64,000 nucleotides of DNA from Elusimicrobia bacterium GWA2_62_23 (GCA_001799635.1 MGTV01000038.1:2376-66375), one strand, 5' to 3'. Positions 9,265 to 18,777 are shown, counted from the first letter of the stretch. Numbers and translations are program-made. The notes: generated by a model not told the origin, from the letters alone.

Positions 9265-9591
9265 ATGCACGACTGCCGCCCCGGCAGGACCGCCGCTCCG
9301 GAACTAATCGCGGCTCTCATGGACGGCGCGGGTGCCCTGCTCCACTGCCTTGAACTTCAGATCGGCGCGGCTTCCAAGCAAGGAGCGGAGTTCTACGGCC
9401 GCAAATTCAAGGAAACCGAATCGCCCCTCAGGGAAACCCTCAGGCAGGCAAGGATAACGGCCATCTGCCTTCCGGCGGAGAGACGGCCGCTCCACACAGC
9501 GACAGTGCTCACCGCCTTCTCCGAGCTGCTTACCTCGATATCCAGAACGGCGTACGCCGCCTCCAAAAGGATGAAGCGCCGCCACAGATAA
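9265..9591 (+). CDS. hypothetical protein (start uncertain; the frame is open from 8938)
   Basis: 108 aa counted from the first ATG. The same frame is open back to the rnc stop but has no in-frame ATG/GTG/TTG upstream (see findings). No recognisable motifs. Confidence 0.3.
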   Translation: MHDCRPGRTAAPELIAALMDGAGALLHCLELQIGAASKQGAEFYGRKFKETESPLRETLRQARITAICLPAERRPLHTATVLTAFSELLTSISRTAYAASKRMKRRHR

Positions 9592-9606
9592 AGCTGCGCG
9601 CCATTT

Positions 9607-10197
9607 ATGAAAACCGCCAGGACCGAGTACACGGACGAGACCTTCGCCGGCCTATTTCTCCGGGAGGGGACTTTCGAATCCAAGACCTTCCAGGACTGCG
9701 TGTTCCGCAACTGCGACCTCACCAAAGCCGTCCTGCGTTTCTGCAAGTTCACCGACTGCCGCTTCGAAAGCTGCAACCTCAGCCTCGCCAAATTGCAGGG
9801 TTCCGTCTTCTCCGGCGCCTCTTTCAAGGATTCCAAACTGGTAGGGGTGAACTGGACTGAGGCCCACTGGCCCAGGATCCGCCTGGCCTGCCCCGTGGAG
9901 TTCATCAACTGCCTCCTCAACGATTCCGTCTTCCTGGGCCTTGCCCTGCGCGGCACCCGCATCTCGCGCTGCCAGGCCAGGGGCGCAGATTTCCGCGAAA
10001 CGGACCTGGCGAAAGCCGACCTGACCCATACTGATTTTTCCGGCGCCGTCTTCGGCGGCACCAACCTCGCCGAGGCCGACCTGAGCAAGGCCTGCAACTA
10101 CGCCATCCGCCCCGACGACAACAAGATCAAAGGCGCCAGGTTCTCGCTGCCCGAGGCCATGGCCCTCCTGTACTGCCTCGACATCAAGCTGGGCTGA
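9607..10197 (+). CDS. pentapeptide-repeat protein
   Basis: 196 aa made almost entirely of A(D/N)LXX-type pentads (FQDCVFRNCDLTKAVLRFCKFTDCRFESCNLSLAKLQGSVFSGASF...). The antisense ORF 9393..10097 is a shadow. Confidence 0.8.
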   Translation: MKTARTEYTDETFAGLFLREGTFESKTFQDCVFRNCDLTKAVLRFCKFTDCRFESCNLSLAKLQGSVFSGASFKDSKLVGVNWTEAHWPRIRLACPVEFINCLLNDSVFLGLALRGTRISRCQARGADFRETDLAKADLTHTDFSGAVFGGTNLAEADLSKACNYAIRPDDNKIKGARFSLPEAMALLYCLDIKLG

Positions 10198-10278
10198 TCC
10201 CGCCGTGGGCCTTAGGACCCATCCCGCGCTGGGCCCAAAGAGGGTTGATATCCGTCAACCCGGGTGATACAACATAGC

Positions 10279-10944
10279 ATGAACCCCGCATGCTCCGCCA
10301 AGGCCTTAGCACTCCTGCTGCTCGCGCTAGCCGCCGCCCCGGCGGGAGCGGAAATGGCCTTTGGGGAACTCCTTTCCTCCGCACCCGGCATCTACTCCCA
10401 GGATATCGCGCTGGCGCAGCTCCCGGACCCGGTCAGGGCCGGCGGCGAGCGGCTGCGCGACGCGGTGGCCGACAGATCTTCAACGCCTGCCGGCTATGAC
10501 GCCCAAAAGGCCGGCCGCCTGGCGGCCATTGCAGCCGAGCGGGTAGGCTACGGACTTAAAGGCCGGTGCTATAACTGGGTCTGGAAGGACCTGATGGCCG
10601 CGGGCTTTCCTTATGAAGAGACCGTTCCCGACCCCAGCGCCTACATGTTCGCCGACTGGGCGAAAGAGGACGAGGCGCGCGCGGCCCGCTTCGGGCTGAA
10701 GGTGATCCCGACCCCGGACAGCTTCGAGGAAATGCCGCTGGGCAGCGTGGTAGTCTACGCCCCCGGGCAGGAATTCGCTTACGGCACGGCCAATCCGGAA
10801 CACGGACATATAGAAATCATCACCGACCAGGACGGCGTCAGGTACGGTTGCAGCGACGGTTGCTGGGAAGTAGGCGGCCGCGGGGAGTTCCTGCGGGCCC
10901 AGAAGGCCAAGAAGGACGTGACCGTGCTGGTGCCCGTGAACTGA
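10279..10944 (+). CDS. secreted hypothetical protein, possible CHAP/NlpC-P60-like Cys-His amidase
   Basis: Signal peptide MNPACSAKALALLLLALAAAPAGA (GTG at 10264 is an alternative start). A Cys context (GRCYNWVWKDL) followed by PLGSVVVYAP ... EHGHIEIIT resembles the papain-like amidase layout. Function is inferred only. Confidence 0.55.
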   Translation: MNPACSAKALALLLLALAAAPAGAEMAFGELLSSAPGIYSQDIALAQLPDPVRAGGERLRDAVADRSSTPAGYDAQKAGRLAAIAAERVGYGLKGRCYNWVWKDLMAAGFPYEETVPDPSAYMFADWAKEDEARAARFGLKVIPTPDSFEEMPLGSVVVYAPGQEFAYGTANPEHGHIEIITDQDGVRYGCSDGCWEVGGRGEFLRAQKAKKDVTVLVPVN

Positions 10945-10971
10945 GAATTCAGGACGAATTGATATAATTTA

Positions 10972-10999
10972 AGCGCCGGCTTGCCGGCGCTTTGATTTT
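10972..10999 (+). terminator. rho-independent terminator
   Basis: AGCGCCGG-cttg-CCGGCGCT stem (10972-10991) followed by TTGATTTT. Confidence 0.7.
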
Positions 11000-11017
11000 A
11001 CCCTGCGGGGGGAGAAT

Positions 11018-11344
11018 ATGAAAAAAATAACCAAACGTTCCGATTTCGACGCCGAGCTGGCCGCCGGCGACCGGCTGGCCCTCTTCTACTCCGCCTATTG
11101 CCCTTTCTGCCAGATGTTCCTGCCGGCCTTTGAAAAGCAGGCGAAGGCCGCCCCGGGAACCTTCGTGCTGGTCTGCACCGACGACCTCCCGGAACTCGAA
11201 GACCTCTTCGCGGTAGAGGTGGTCCCCACGGCCCTTTTCTTCCGCAAGGCCAAACTCGCCTCCAGGCTGGACGGCGCGCTGGGCCGCGGGCTCAGCGAGG
11301 AAGGTCTGGCCGCCTTCGCCAAAGCCTGCCGCGGCGCCAAATGA
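11018..11344 (+). CDS. thioredoxin-fold protein (CPFC active site)
   Basis: 108 aa: LFYSAYCPFCQMFLPAF ... VPTALFF, the usual thioredoxin-like layout. Confidence 0.7.
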   Translation: MKKITKRSDFDAELAAGDRLALFYSAYCPFCQMFLPAFEKQAKAAPGTFVLVCTDDLPELEDLFAVEVVPTALFFRKAKLASRLDGALGRGLSEEGLAAFAKACRGAK

Positions 11345-12057
11345 CCCGCCCGCGCATAAAGATCATCCTGGTGCGCCCGAGGAACCCCGACAATATCGGG
11401 GCCGCCGCCAGGGCCATGGCCAACTTCGGCCTTCCCGAGCTGGCCCTGGTTTCCGCCTTCGACTCCGACTGGGCCGAGGCGGCCGCCTGCTGGCGCAAGG
11501 AAGCCTCCGTATCGGCCATAGGGGCCATGGACGTGATCGGCAACGCCGCGCTTTACCCCGACATTCCGTCGGCCGCAGCCGACTGCGCGGCCCTTTTCGG
11601 CACGTCCTCCCTGCACAGGCTCAAGCCGGACCGGGACGTGCTGCCACTGCGCGACGCCGCCGGGGCCTTCGCCGCCTGCGGCGGAAAAGCCGGGGTTCTC
11701 TTCGGCTCCGAAAAAACGGGCCTGACCAAGGAAGACCTTTCTTTTTGCTCCGCCATCATCAACATCCCCACGCAGGACCGCCAGCCGTCGATGAATCTGG
11801 GCCAGGCCGTGGCGGTGGCCGCTTACGAATTCAGCGGCCGCCGCGAGGCGCAGCCGGCGGCCGGCAGGGCCGCGGCGCCCGCCATGCCGCCGGCGGAACT
11901 GGAACGCTTCGTGGAGAAGATCCGCGCGAAGCTCGCGCGCGAGGCCGGGCCGCATTGGGCCGGCGAGGCGCAGGCCCGTGCCATCCGGCGCGGCCTCACG
12001 GACGCGCGCCTGACCAAGGACGCCAGGACCGCGCTGAAGCTGCTGCTTAAGGATTAG
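11341..12057 (+). CDS. SpoU/TrmH-family RNA 2-prime-O-methyltransferase (TrmJ-like)
   Basis: 238 aa: IKIILVRPRNPDNIGAAARAMANFG, LFGSEKTGL, INIPT...SMNLGQAVAV. ATGA overlap with the upstream gene. Confidence 0.75.
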   Translation: MTRPRIKIILVRPRNPDNIGAAARAMANFGLPELALVSAFDSDWAEAAACWRKEASVSAIGAMDVIGNAALYPDIPSAAADCAALFGTSSLHRLKPDRDVLPLRDAAGAFAACGGKAGVLFGSEKTGLTKEDLSFCSAIINIPTQDRQPSMNLGQAVAVAAYEFSGRREAQPAAGRAAAPAMPPAELERFVEKIRAKLAREAGPHWAGEAQARAIRRGLTDARLTKDARTALKLLLKD

Positions 12058-12893
12058 AAAGCGGGGCGGACGGCCCCGAGTAGTTCTTTTACGCCCGGGA
12101 AACGACCCGACGGCACGTTGGGCGCGCCCAGCATGAGGTACTGCTCCCTGGTCAGGGGCGGCTGCGGCAGCAGGGCGAAGAACGGCAGCAGCGGCAGGAA
12201 GAAAACCCTCGGCAGCCCGATGACCGCCCGCCGCACCCCGCGCGCCGCCAGGCCGCGGCGGAAAAGTTCCGCAAAATCCAGCCGCTCCTCTCCGCCCAGC
12301 TCGTACACCCCGGCGGGCACCCCGCCCCTGACGGCCAGCGCGAAGCAATCGGCAACGTCCTCGAGCGAGACCGGCGCCGCCCAGGCGTCGGATGGCGCCG
12401 CGAGGAAAGGGACGAAGCGCGCCAGCCTTTCCAGATCGGAGAACAGCTTCTGCCCCGGCCCGGTTATGAGCGACGGCCGGAAGATCACGCACTCCAGACC
12501 GGAAGCCGACAGGAGTTCCTCGGCAAGGGCCTTGGTGGCCTGGTAGGCGGAGGGGGAAGCCGTGGCAGCGCCGAGCGCGGACATCTGGATGAACCGGCGG
12601 ACCTTGCAGCGGGCGGCCCCTTCAGCCAGGCGGCGCGTATATTCCAGATGCACTTTCCCGAAAGTCTCGGGGCCCTCTTCCTTTATTATCCCCAGCAGGT
12701 TTATCACCAGTTCCGGGCGGTGCTCCAGCACGAGGCCGGCGAGGTCCTCCGTGAACGGGGGGAAGACGCCGTTAAGGCCCAGGCCGCGGAACTGTTCCGG
12801 CCGCCGGGAAGGCAGCACCAGTTCATGACCGACGAGGCGCTTTAAAAGCGCCCGCCCAACGAAGCCGCCGGCGCCCGCGACAAGGATCTTCAT
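12054..12893 (-). CDS. NAD(P)-binding atypical SDR, complex I NDUFA9-subunit-like family
   Basis: 279 aa: MKILVAGAGGFVGRAL Rossmann motif, YQATKALAE, RPSLITGPG, and a C-terminal PLTREQYLML segment typical of NDUFA9-like proteins. Divergent from nuoA. Confidence 0.7.
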   Translation of the reverse strand: MKILVAGAGGFVGRALLKRLVGHELVLPSRRPEQFRGLGLNGVFPPFTEDLAGLVLEHRPELVINLLGIIKEEGPETFGKVHLEYTRRLAEGAARCKVRRFIQMSALGAATASPSAYQATKALAEELLSASGLECVIFRPSLITGPGQKLFSDLERLARFVPFLAAPSDAWAAPVSLEDVADCFALAVRGGVPAGVYELGGEERLDFAELFRRGLAARGVRRAVIGLPRVFFLPLLPFFALLPQPPLTREQYLMLGAPNVPSGRFPGVKELLGAVRPAF

Positions 12894-13003
12894 ATCAAAG
12901 ATTCTATGAAACTTTTTCCGCTTTTAAGCATCTAACCGGCCTGGGCAGGCCGAGACAACGCGGCTCGTACCGGCCCCTGAAATTATTTAGTAGAATTTCA
13001 CTG

Positions 13004-13357
13004 ATGCGCCAATATCTGGCTATCCTTCTTACAGCGGGCTTCGGCCTCTCCGTTGCGGCGGGGATGGTGCTCTTTTCCGTCCTCTTCGGGCCCAAAAAGA
13101 AGTCCCCGGTCAAGCAGGAACCTTTCGAATGCGGCATGCCGCCCGCCATGGAGTCCCGCGGCATGGCCCGGGTCAATTTCTACCTGGTCGCCGTCCTCTT
13201 CGTGATGTTCGACATCGAAATAGTCTTCCTCTACCCCTGGGCCGTCTCGTTCACGCAGCTGGGCCCCGGGGCTTTCTACGCCATGGCCGGCTTCCTCGCC
13301 GTGCTGTTCGCGGGCCTGGTCTACGCCGTGAAGAAAGGAGCGCTCGAATGGGATTAG
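13004..13357 (+). CDS. nuoA: NADH-quinone oxidoreductase subunit A
   Basis: 117 aa, three TM helices, with EPFECGMPP and FDIEIVFLYPWA motifs. Confidence 0.9.
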   Translation: MRQYLAILLTAGFGLSVAAGMVLFSVLFGPKKKSPVKQEPFECGMPPAMESRGMARVNFYLVAVLFVMFDIEIVFLYPWAVSFTQLGPGAFYAMAGFLAVLFAGLVYAVKKGALEWD

Positions 13358-13833
13358 AGACCGCCTTCGGCCACTCCTACCTGACCACGCGGCTGGACGA
13401 GGCCGTGAACTGGGCGCGCAAGTATTCCTTCTTCAACTATCCGTTCGTCACCGCCTGCTGCGGCATGGAATTCATGTCCACGTTCGCCTCCACCTACGAC
13501 ATCGCCCGCTTCGGCGCCGAATATCCCCGCTTCTCGCCGCGCCAGGCCGACGTGCTGTTCGTGGTGGGCACGGTCAACGAGAAGCTGGCCCCGGTGCTAA
13601 AGCGCGTCTATGACCAGATGTGCGAGCCCAAGTGGGTGGTCTCCTTCGGCGTCTGCGCCACCTCCGGGGGCTTCTACGACAACTACGCCACCGTGCAGGG
13701 CATAGACAAGATCATCCCCGTGGACATCTACATCCCGGGCTGCCCGCCCCGCCCCGAGGCGGTCCTGGACGCCCTGGTGAAACTGCAGGAAAAGGTCGCG
13801 AAGGAATCCGTGCTCGACAGGAAGTATAAATGA
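13348..13833 (+). CDS. nuoB: NADH-quinone oxidoreductase subunit B
   Basis: Taken from the internal ATG at 13348 of ORF 13129..13833: MGLETAFG...ACCGMEF...GVCATSGG...IPGCPPRPE (N2 cluster ligands). The upstream part of the ORF overlaps nuoA out of frame. Confidence 0.9.
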   Translation: MGLETAFGHSYLTTRLDEAVNWARKYSFFNYPFVTACCGMEFMSTFASTYDIARFGAEYPRFSPRQADVLFVVGTVNEKLAPVLKRVYDQMCEPKWVVSFGVCATSGGFYDNYATVQGIDKIIPVDIYIPGCPPRPEAVLDALVKLQEKVAKESVLDRKYK

Positions 13834-14303
13834 CCAGCTACCTGCTCGAGACCCTGAAGTCCAAATTCCCGGACGCCGTCCTGGAAACGCACGCCTTCCG
13901 CGGCGACGAGACGGCGCTGGTCGGGAAGGAGGACCTGCTGCGGGTCGCGGCCTTCCTGCGCGACGAACTCGGTTTCGACATGCTGATGGACCTGACCGCC
14001 GCCGACTACCTGCCGCGCGACCCGCGTTTCGAACTGGTCTGCCACCTTTACTCCACGCGCCACAACTACCGCCTGCGCCTCAAGTGCCCCGTCGGGGGGG
14101 ACGCGCCGGCCGTGGCCTCCCTCACCGGGCTCTGGGCCGGAGCCAACTGGTTCGAACGTGAGGTCTGGGACATGTTCGGCATAAATTTCGAGGGTCACCC
14201 CGACCTGCGCCGCATCCTGATGTACGACGGCTTCGAAGGCCACCCGCTGCGCAAGGATTACCCGCTTAAACAGCGCCAGCCGAGGATCCCGCACAGGGAC
14301 TGA
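13830..14303 (+). CDS. nuoC: NADH-quinone oxidoreductase subunit C
   Basis: 157 aa: NWFEREVWDMFGI..F.GHPDLRRILM signature. Confidence 0.9.
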   Translation: MTSYLLETLKSKFPDAVLETHAFRGDETALVGKEDLLRVAAFLRDELGFDMLMDLTAADYLPRDPRFELVCHLYSTRHNYRLRLKCPVGGDAPAVASLTGLWAGANWFEREVWDMFGINFEGHPDLRRILMYDGFEGHPLRKDYPLKQRQPRIPHRD

Positions 14304-14305
14304 CG

Positions 14306-15523
14306 ATGCAGACCAAGACCCCCGAACCCCAGAAGAACTGGAGCCTCGAGAAGCTCGAGGACGGGCGCATGGTGCTCAACATGGGCCCCTCGCACCCGGC
14401 CATGCACGGCATCGTAAGGATACTGCTCACCGTGGACGGGGAACGCGTCTCCGACGCCGACATAGAGATAGGCTATCTGCACCGCGGCTTCGAAAAGACC
14501 TGCGAGAACGTGACCTGGAACCAGTGCGTGCCGTACACAGACCGCCTCAACTACGTCTCGCCTTTCATCAACAACGCGGGCTTCGCGCTCGCAGTGGAAA
14601 AGCTGATGGGCATTGAGGCCCCGCCCCGCGCCCAGTATATCCGGGTGATCATGAGCGAGATCTCCCGCATCACCGACCATCTCACCTGCATAGGCGCCAA
14701 CGCCATGGAGCTCAGCGCCTTCACCGTCTATTTCTACCTCATCAACGCCCGCGAGGTCCTCTACCGCCTGGGCGATTCCGCCGCCGGCGGCCGAGTGACG
14801 CCCGCTTACGCCAGGGTGGGCGGCCTCACCCGCGACCTGCCCCCCGATTTCAAGCGCGACACCGTGGAGGCGTTCAAGGTCCTGAAGAAGAACCTCGACG
14901 ACGCCGACAAACTCCTGACCCGCAACCGCATCTTCTACGACCGCCTGCACGGCACCGGGCACATCTCCAAGGAGGACGCCATCGCCCACTCCTTCACCGG
15001 GCCGGCGCTGCGCTCCACCGGCGTGCCGCTGGACGTGCGCAAGGCCACGCCCTACCTGGTCTACGACCGCTTCGATTTCGACATCCCCGTGGGCTCCAAC
15101 GGCGACAACTACGACCGCTACCTCGTGCGCATGGAGGAGATCCGCCAGAGCGTGCGCATAGTGGAGCAGGCGCTGGCCCAGCTGCCCGACGGCCCTGTGA
15201 ACCACCCGGCTTTCGACGTCTCCCTGCCGCCCAAGGAAGAAGTGTACGGCAATATCGAGGCCTTGATGGCCCATTTCAAACTCACCTTCGAAGGCGTCAA
15301 GCCGCCCAAGGGCGAGGTGTACCAGGCCGTGGAAGGCGGCAACGGGGAGCTCGGCTTCTACCTGGTCAGCGACGGCAGCGGCCGCCCCTGGCGCCTGCGC
15401 GTGCGCCCGCCCTGCTTCTCGCTCACCGGCGGCCTGGCGCAGATGATCAAAGGCGGCTACATCGCCGACATCGTGGCCACTTTCGGCCAGATCAACATGA
15501 TAGGCGGGGAGCTGGAGCGCTGA
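14306..15523 (+). CDS. nuoD: NADH-quinone oxidoreductase subunit D
   Basis: 405 aa: LNMGPSHPAMHGI, YLHRGFEK, C-terminal DIVATFGQINMIGGELER. Confidence 0.92.
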   Translation: MQTKTPEPQKNWSLEKLEDGRMVLNMGPSHPAMHGIVRILLTVDGERVSDADIEIGYLHRGFEKTCENVTWNQCVPYTDRLNYVSPFINNAGFALAVEKLMGIEAPPRAQYIRVIMSEISRITDHLTCIGANAMELSAFTVYFYLINAREVLYRLGDSAAGGRVTPAYARVGGLTRDLPPDFKRDTVEAFKVLKKNLDDADKLLTRNRIFYDRLHGTGHISKEDAIAHSFTGPALRSTGVPLDVRKATPYLVYDRFDFDIPVGSNGDNYDRYLVRMEEIRQSVRIVEQALAQLPDGPVNHPAFDVSLPPKEEVYGNIEALMAHFKLTFEGVKPPKGEVYQAVEGGNGELGFYLVSDGSGRPWRLRVRPPCFSLTGGLAQMIKGGYIADIVATFGQINMIGGELER

Positions 15524-16023
15524 TGCCTTTCACGCTCACCGAAACTTTCAAGACCAGGGCCGCGCTGGTCTGCGCCAGGTACCCGCGCAAGGATGCGGCC
15601 CTGATACCGCTGCTGCAGGAACTGCAGCGGGAGAAAGGCTACGTCGCGGAAGAGGCCATGGACGCGCTGGCCGTTTTCCTGGGCCTGCCTTATTCCAGGG
15701 TCAAGGCCGTGGTCACTTTCTACACGATGTTCAACCGCGTTCCCGCCGGCAAATACCACCTGCAGGTCTGCCGCAACGTCTCCTGCCATATGGCCGGCGC
15801 CCCCGGCCTGCTGGCGCGGCTGCGGGAGAAGCTCGGCATAGCCGAGGGGGAGACCACGAAGGACGGCCTGTTCACGCTGTCGGCCGTGGAATGCCTGGGC
15901 GCCTGCGGCACGGCCCCGGTAATGCAGGTCAACGACACCTATTTCGAGAAGCTCGACGCCGGGAAGCTGGACGCTCTGCTTGAAGACCTAAGACATGGCC
16001 GCCTGAGGGCCATAGGCCGTTGA
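15523..16023 (+). CDS. nuoE: NADH-quinone oxidoreductase subunit E
   Basis: 166 aa with the 2Fe-2S motif [10 protein letters not shown]...CLGACGTAP. Confidence 0.9.
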   Translation: MPFTLTETFKTRAALVCARYPRKDAALIPLLQELQREKGYVAEEAMDALAVFLGLPYSRVKAVVTFYTMFNRVPAGKYHLQVCRNVSCHMAGAPGLLARLREKLGIAEGETTKDGLFTLSAVECLGACGTAPVMQVNDTYFEKLDAGKLDALLEDLRHGRLRAIGR

Positions 16024-16042
16024 TGCGGCACCGACTCATGTC

Positions 16043-17308
16043 ATGGAAAATATCCTTCTAAAAGATAAAGTCGAAAGCCTCGAGGGCTATTTCGCCGCGG
16101 GCGGCTACCGGCCGCTCAAGAAGGCGCTCGCCATGAAGCCGGCCGAGATCACCGAGGAAGTGAAGAGATCCGGGTTGCGCGGCCGCGGCGGCGCGGGCTT
16201 TCCCACGGGGCTCAAGTGGTCTTTCATCCCCAAGGACGCGCAGGGCCCCCGCTACCTGGTGTGCAACGCCGACGAGGGCGAGCCCGGCACCTTCAAGGAC
16301 CGCGAGCTGATGCTCAAAAATCCGCATGCGCTGATAGAGGGCATGGCCATAGCCGGCTACGCCATAGGCGCCGGCGCGGGCTACATCTATATCCGCGGCG
16401 AGTTCGCCGCCGAAGCGGACCTCCTCGAGCGGGAGATCTTCGCCGCGCGGGGCAAAGGTTTTATAGGCTCGAATATCCTGGGGTCCGGCTTCTCTTTCGA
16501 ACTTTACGTGCACCGCGGGGCCGGCGCGTATATCTGCGGCGAGGAGACCGCCCTGCTGGAATCGCTGGAAGGCTTCAAAGGCCAGCCGCGCCTCAAGCCC
16601 CCGTTCCCGGCGGTAAAGGGCCTGTTCGGGGCCCCCACGGTGATCAACAACGTGGAGACCCTGGCCGCGGTACCGGCGATAATAGAGAAAGGCGGCGCCT
16701 GGTACGCCTCCATCGGCACGCCCAAGAGCGCCGGCACCAAGCTTTTCTGCGTCAGCGGCCCGGTCAATAAACCCGGGGTCTACGAGCTGCCGCTCGGCGT
16801 GAGCTTCAAGGAGCTGCTGGAGAAGCACTGCGGGGGGCTGAAAGCCGGGGTAAGGCTGAAGGCCGTGATCCCCGGCGGTTCCTCCACCCCGGTGCTCACC
16901 GCCGCCGAGGCCATGGCCGCGGCGCTGGACTACGAATCCCTGGCGGCCGCGGGCTCCATGCTGGGTTCCGGCGCGGTGATAGTCATCCCCGAGGGCCAGT
17001 GCATGGTGAAGCTCCTGCAGGTCCTGGCCCGCTTCTACCACCACGAGTCCTGCGGGCAGTGCACCCCCTGCCGCGAAGGCTGCGGCTGGATAGAGAAAAT
17101 TTTGAACCGCCTCGAAGAAGGGCGGGGGACCGCCCGGGACATCGAGACCCTTTACTCGGCGGCCGACGGCATGCTGGGCCGCACCATCTGCCCGCTGGCC
17201 GACGCCATGGCCATGCCGGTGATGAGTTTCGTGAAGAAATTCCGTGAAGAGTTCGAGGCGCACGCGGCCGGCCGCTGCTGCGCCCCGGAAGCCGCGGGGA
17301 AACACTGA
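16043..17308 (+). CDS. nuoF: NADH-quinone oxidoreductase subunit F
   Basis: 421 aa: [39 protein letters not shown]. Confidence 0.92.
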   Translation: MENILLKDKVESLEGYFAAGGYRPLKKALAMKPAEITEEVKRSGLRGRGGAGFPTGLKWSFIPKDAQGPRYLVCNADEGEPGTFKDRELMLKNPHALIEGMAIAGYAIGAGAGYIYIRGEFAAEADLLEREIFAARGKGFIGSNILGSGFSFELYVHRGAGAYICGEETALLESLEGFKGQPRLKPPFPAVKGLFGAPTVINNVETLAAVPAIIEKGGAWYASIGTPKSAGTKLFCVSGPVNKPGVYELPLGVSFKELLEKHCGGLKAGVRLKAVIPGGSSTPVLTAAEAMAAALDYESLAAAGSMLGSGAVIVIPEGQCMVKLLQVLARFYHHESCGQCTPCREGCGWIEKILNRLEEGRGTARDIETLYSAADGMLGRTICPLADAMAMPVMSFVKKFREEFEAHAAGRCCAPEAAGKH

Positions 17309-18777
17309 TGCCGAAACTGACCATCGACGGCAAGACCCTGGAGGTCGCCAAGGGGACCACGGTCCTGGAGGCGGCCCAGCAGCTGGGCGTCCACGTCCCG
17401 CGCTATTGCTACCACCCCAAGCTTTCGGTTTCCGGCAACTGCCGCATGTGCCTGGTGGAAGTGGAGAAGTCCCCGAAGCTGCTGACCGCCTGCTCCACCG
17501 AAGCCGCCGAAGGCATGGTGGTGCATACCGCCACGGAAAAGGTGAAAGCCGCCAGGCGCGACGTGCTGGAATACCTCCTTCTCAACCACCCGCTGGACTG
17601 CCCCGTCTGCGACCAGGCCGGCGAATGCGGCCTGCAGGACTACTACATGGAGCACAGCCGGGCCAAAAGCCGCTTCCCGGCCGAAGACAAGGTCCGCCGC
17701 CAGAAGCGCCGCCCCCTGGGCCCGCACCTGGTGCTGGACAACGAGCGCTGTATCCTCTGCACCCGCTGCGTGCGTTTCTGCGCCGAGGTCACCAAGACCG
17801 CCGAGTTGGAGGTCATGGAGCGCGGCGACCGTTCTTTCATAGACCTCAAGGAAGGCCGGGCACTGGACAACGGCTACTCGCTCAATATCGCCGACGTCTG
17901 CCCCGTGGGCGCCTGGACCTCGAGGGATTTCCGCTTCAAGCAACGCGTCTGGTTCCTCAAAAAGACCCCCACGGTCTGCCTGGGCTGCGCCACCGGCTGT
18001 CTTACCGAAGTGCACCACAACGAAGGCGCCATCTACCGCGTCATGCCGCGGCCCAACGCCGAAACCAACACCTGGCTCTGCGACGCCGGCCGCATGGTCT
18101 ACAAGGCCGTACAGGCCGGCGACCGGCTGGCCAAGGGCGTGATAAAGAACGGCCTGATAGAGCTGGAACCCGCCCTGCGCGAGACCGCCAGCCGCATCGA
18201 CGAGAACCATGCCGCCGCGGCGGTGCTCGGGTCGCCCTGGCTGTCGGTTGAGGACAACGCCGCCCTGGCCCGCCTGGCCAAGGACGCGCTCAAGACGGAG
18301 AATTTCTCCTTCGATTTCAACGCCGAGCAGGGCATAAAGGACGGGATCCTGATAAACAAGGACCCGGCCCCCAACGCAGCCGGCGCGCGCCGCGTGAAAG
18401 CGGCCTGCGGCGGCCTCTCTTTCGGGGAGCTCGCCGCGAAGGTGGCCTCCGGGGCCGTCAAGGTGCTGGTGACCGAAGCCAGGGCCGCGGCCCTCCTCAA
18501 GAACGAGCTGAAGGCGGGGGGGGCGCGCCTGATAGTCTTCGCGGCCAACCGCTCGGAGATCCCCCAGGGCGCTTACGCCACCCTGCCTTACGCCAATTAT
18601 TTCGAGACCCCCGGCACTTTCGTGAATTTCCAGGGCCTGGAGCGCCGGACCGTGCCGGCCGTGGCCGCCCCCGAAGGCGTACGGCCGCTCTGGGCGATGG
18701 TCAACCGGCTGGCGGTCTACAGCGGCACCTCGCTGCACCTCGATTCGGCGGAAGCCGCCCTGAAGGGCATCCTATGA
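17308..18777 (+). CDS. nuoG: NADH-quinone oxidoreductase subunit G (short form)
   Basis: 489 aa. N-terminal 2Fe-2S (CYHPKLSVSGNCRMCLVEV) and 4Fe-4S motifs (HPLDCPVCDQAGEC; CILCTRCVRFC). Lacks most of the long molybdopterin-like tail. Confidence 0.85.
   Translation: MPKLTIDGKTLEVAKGTTVLEAAQQLGVHVPRYCYHPKLSVSGNCRMCLVEVEKSPKLLTACSTEAAEGMVVHTATEKVKAARRDVLEYLLLNHPLDCPVCDQAGECGLQDYYMEHSRAKSRFPAEDKVRRQKRRPLGPHLVLDNERCILCTRCVRFCAEVTKTAELEVMERGDRSFIDLKEGRALDNGYSLNIADVCPVGAWTSRDFRFKQRVWFLKKTPTVCLGCATGCLTEVHHNEGAIYRVMPRPNAETNTWLCDAGRMVYKAVQAGDRLAKGVIKNGLIELEPALRETASRIDENHAAAAVLGSPWLSVEDNAALARLAKDALKTENFSFDFNAEQGIKDGILINKDPAPNAAGARRVKAACGGLSFGELAAKVASGAVKVLVTEARAAALLKNELKAGGARLIVFAANRSEIPQGAYATLPYANYFETPGTFVNFQGLERRTVPAVAAPEGVRPLWAMVNRLAVYSGTSLHLDSAEAALKGIL

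Noticed and set aside
12931-12985. Possible fragment of the family B repeat upstream of nuoA (GGCCGAGACAACGCGG...CGTACCGGCCC)
   Set aside because: Only short, gapped similarity to the 39-kb copy (GGCCGAG-CGACGAGCGG...CGTACCCGACGGGCCC). This is too weak to call without a statistical alignment.
17308-18777. nuoG as a truncated pseudogene (489 aa versus about 900 aa in E. coli)
   Set aside because: The frame is intact, all N-terminal Fe-S ligand motifs are present, and its start and stop are coupled to nuoF and nuoH (ATGA-type overlaps). A naturally short NuoG/Nqo3 variant is more likely than decay.
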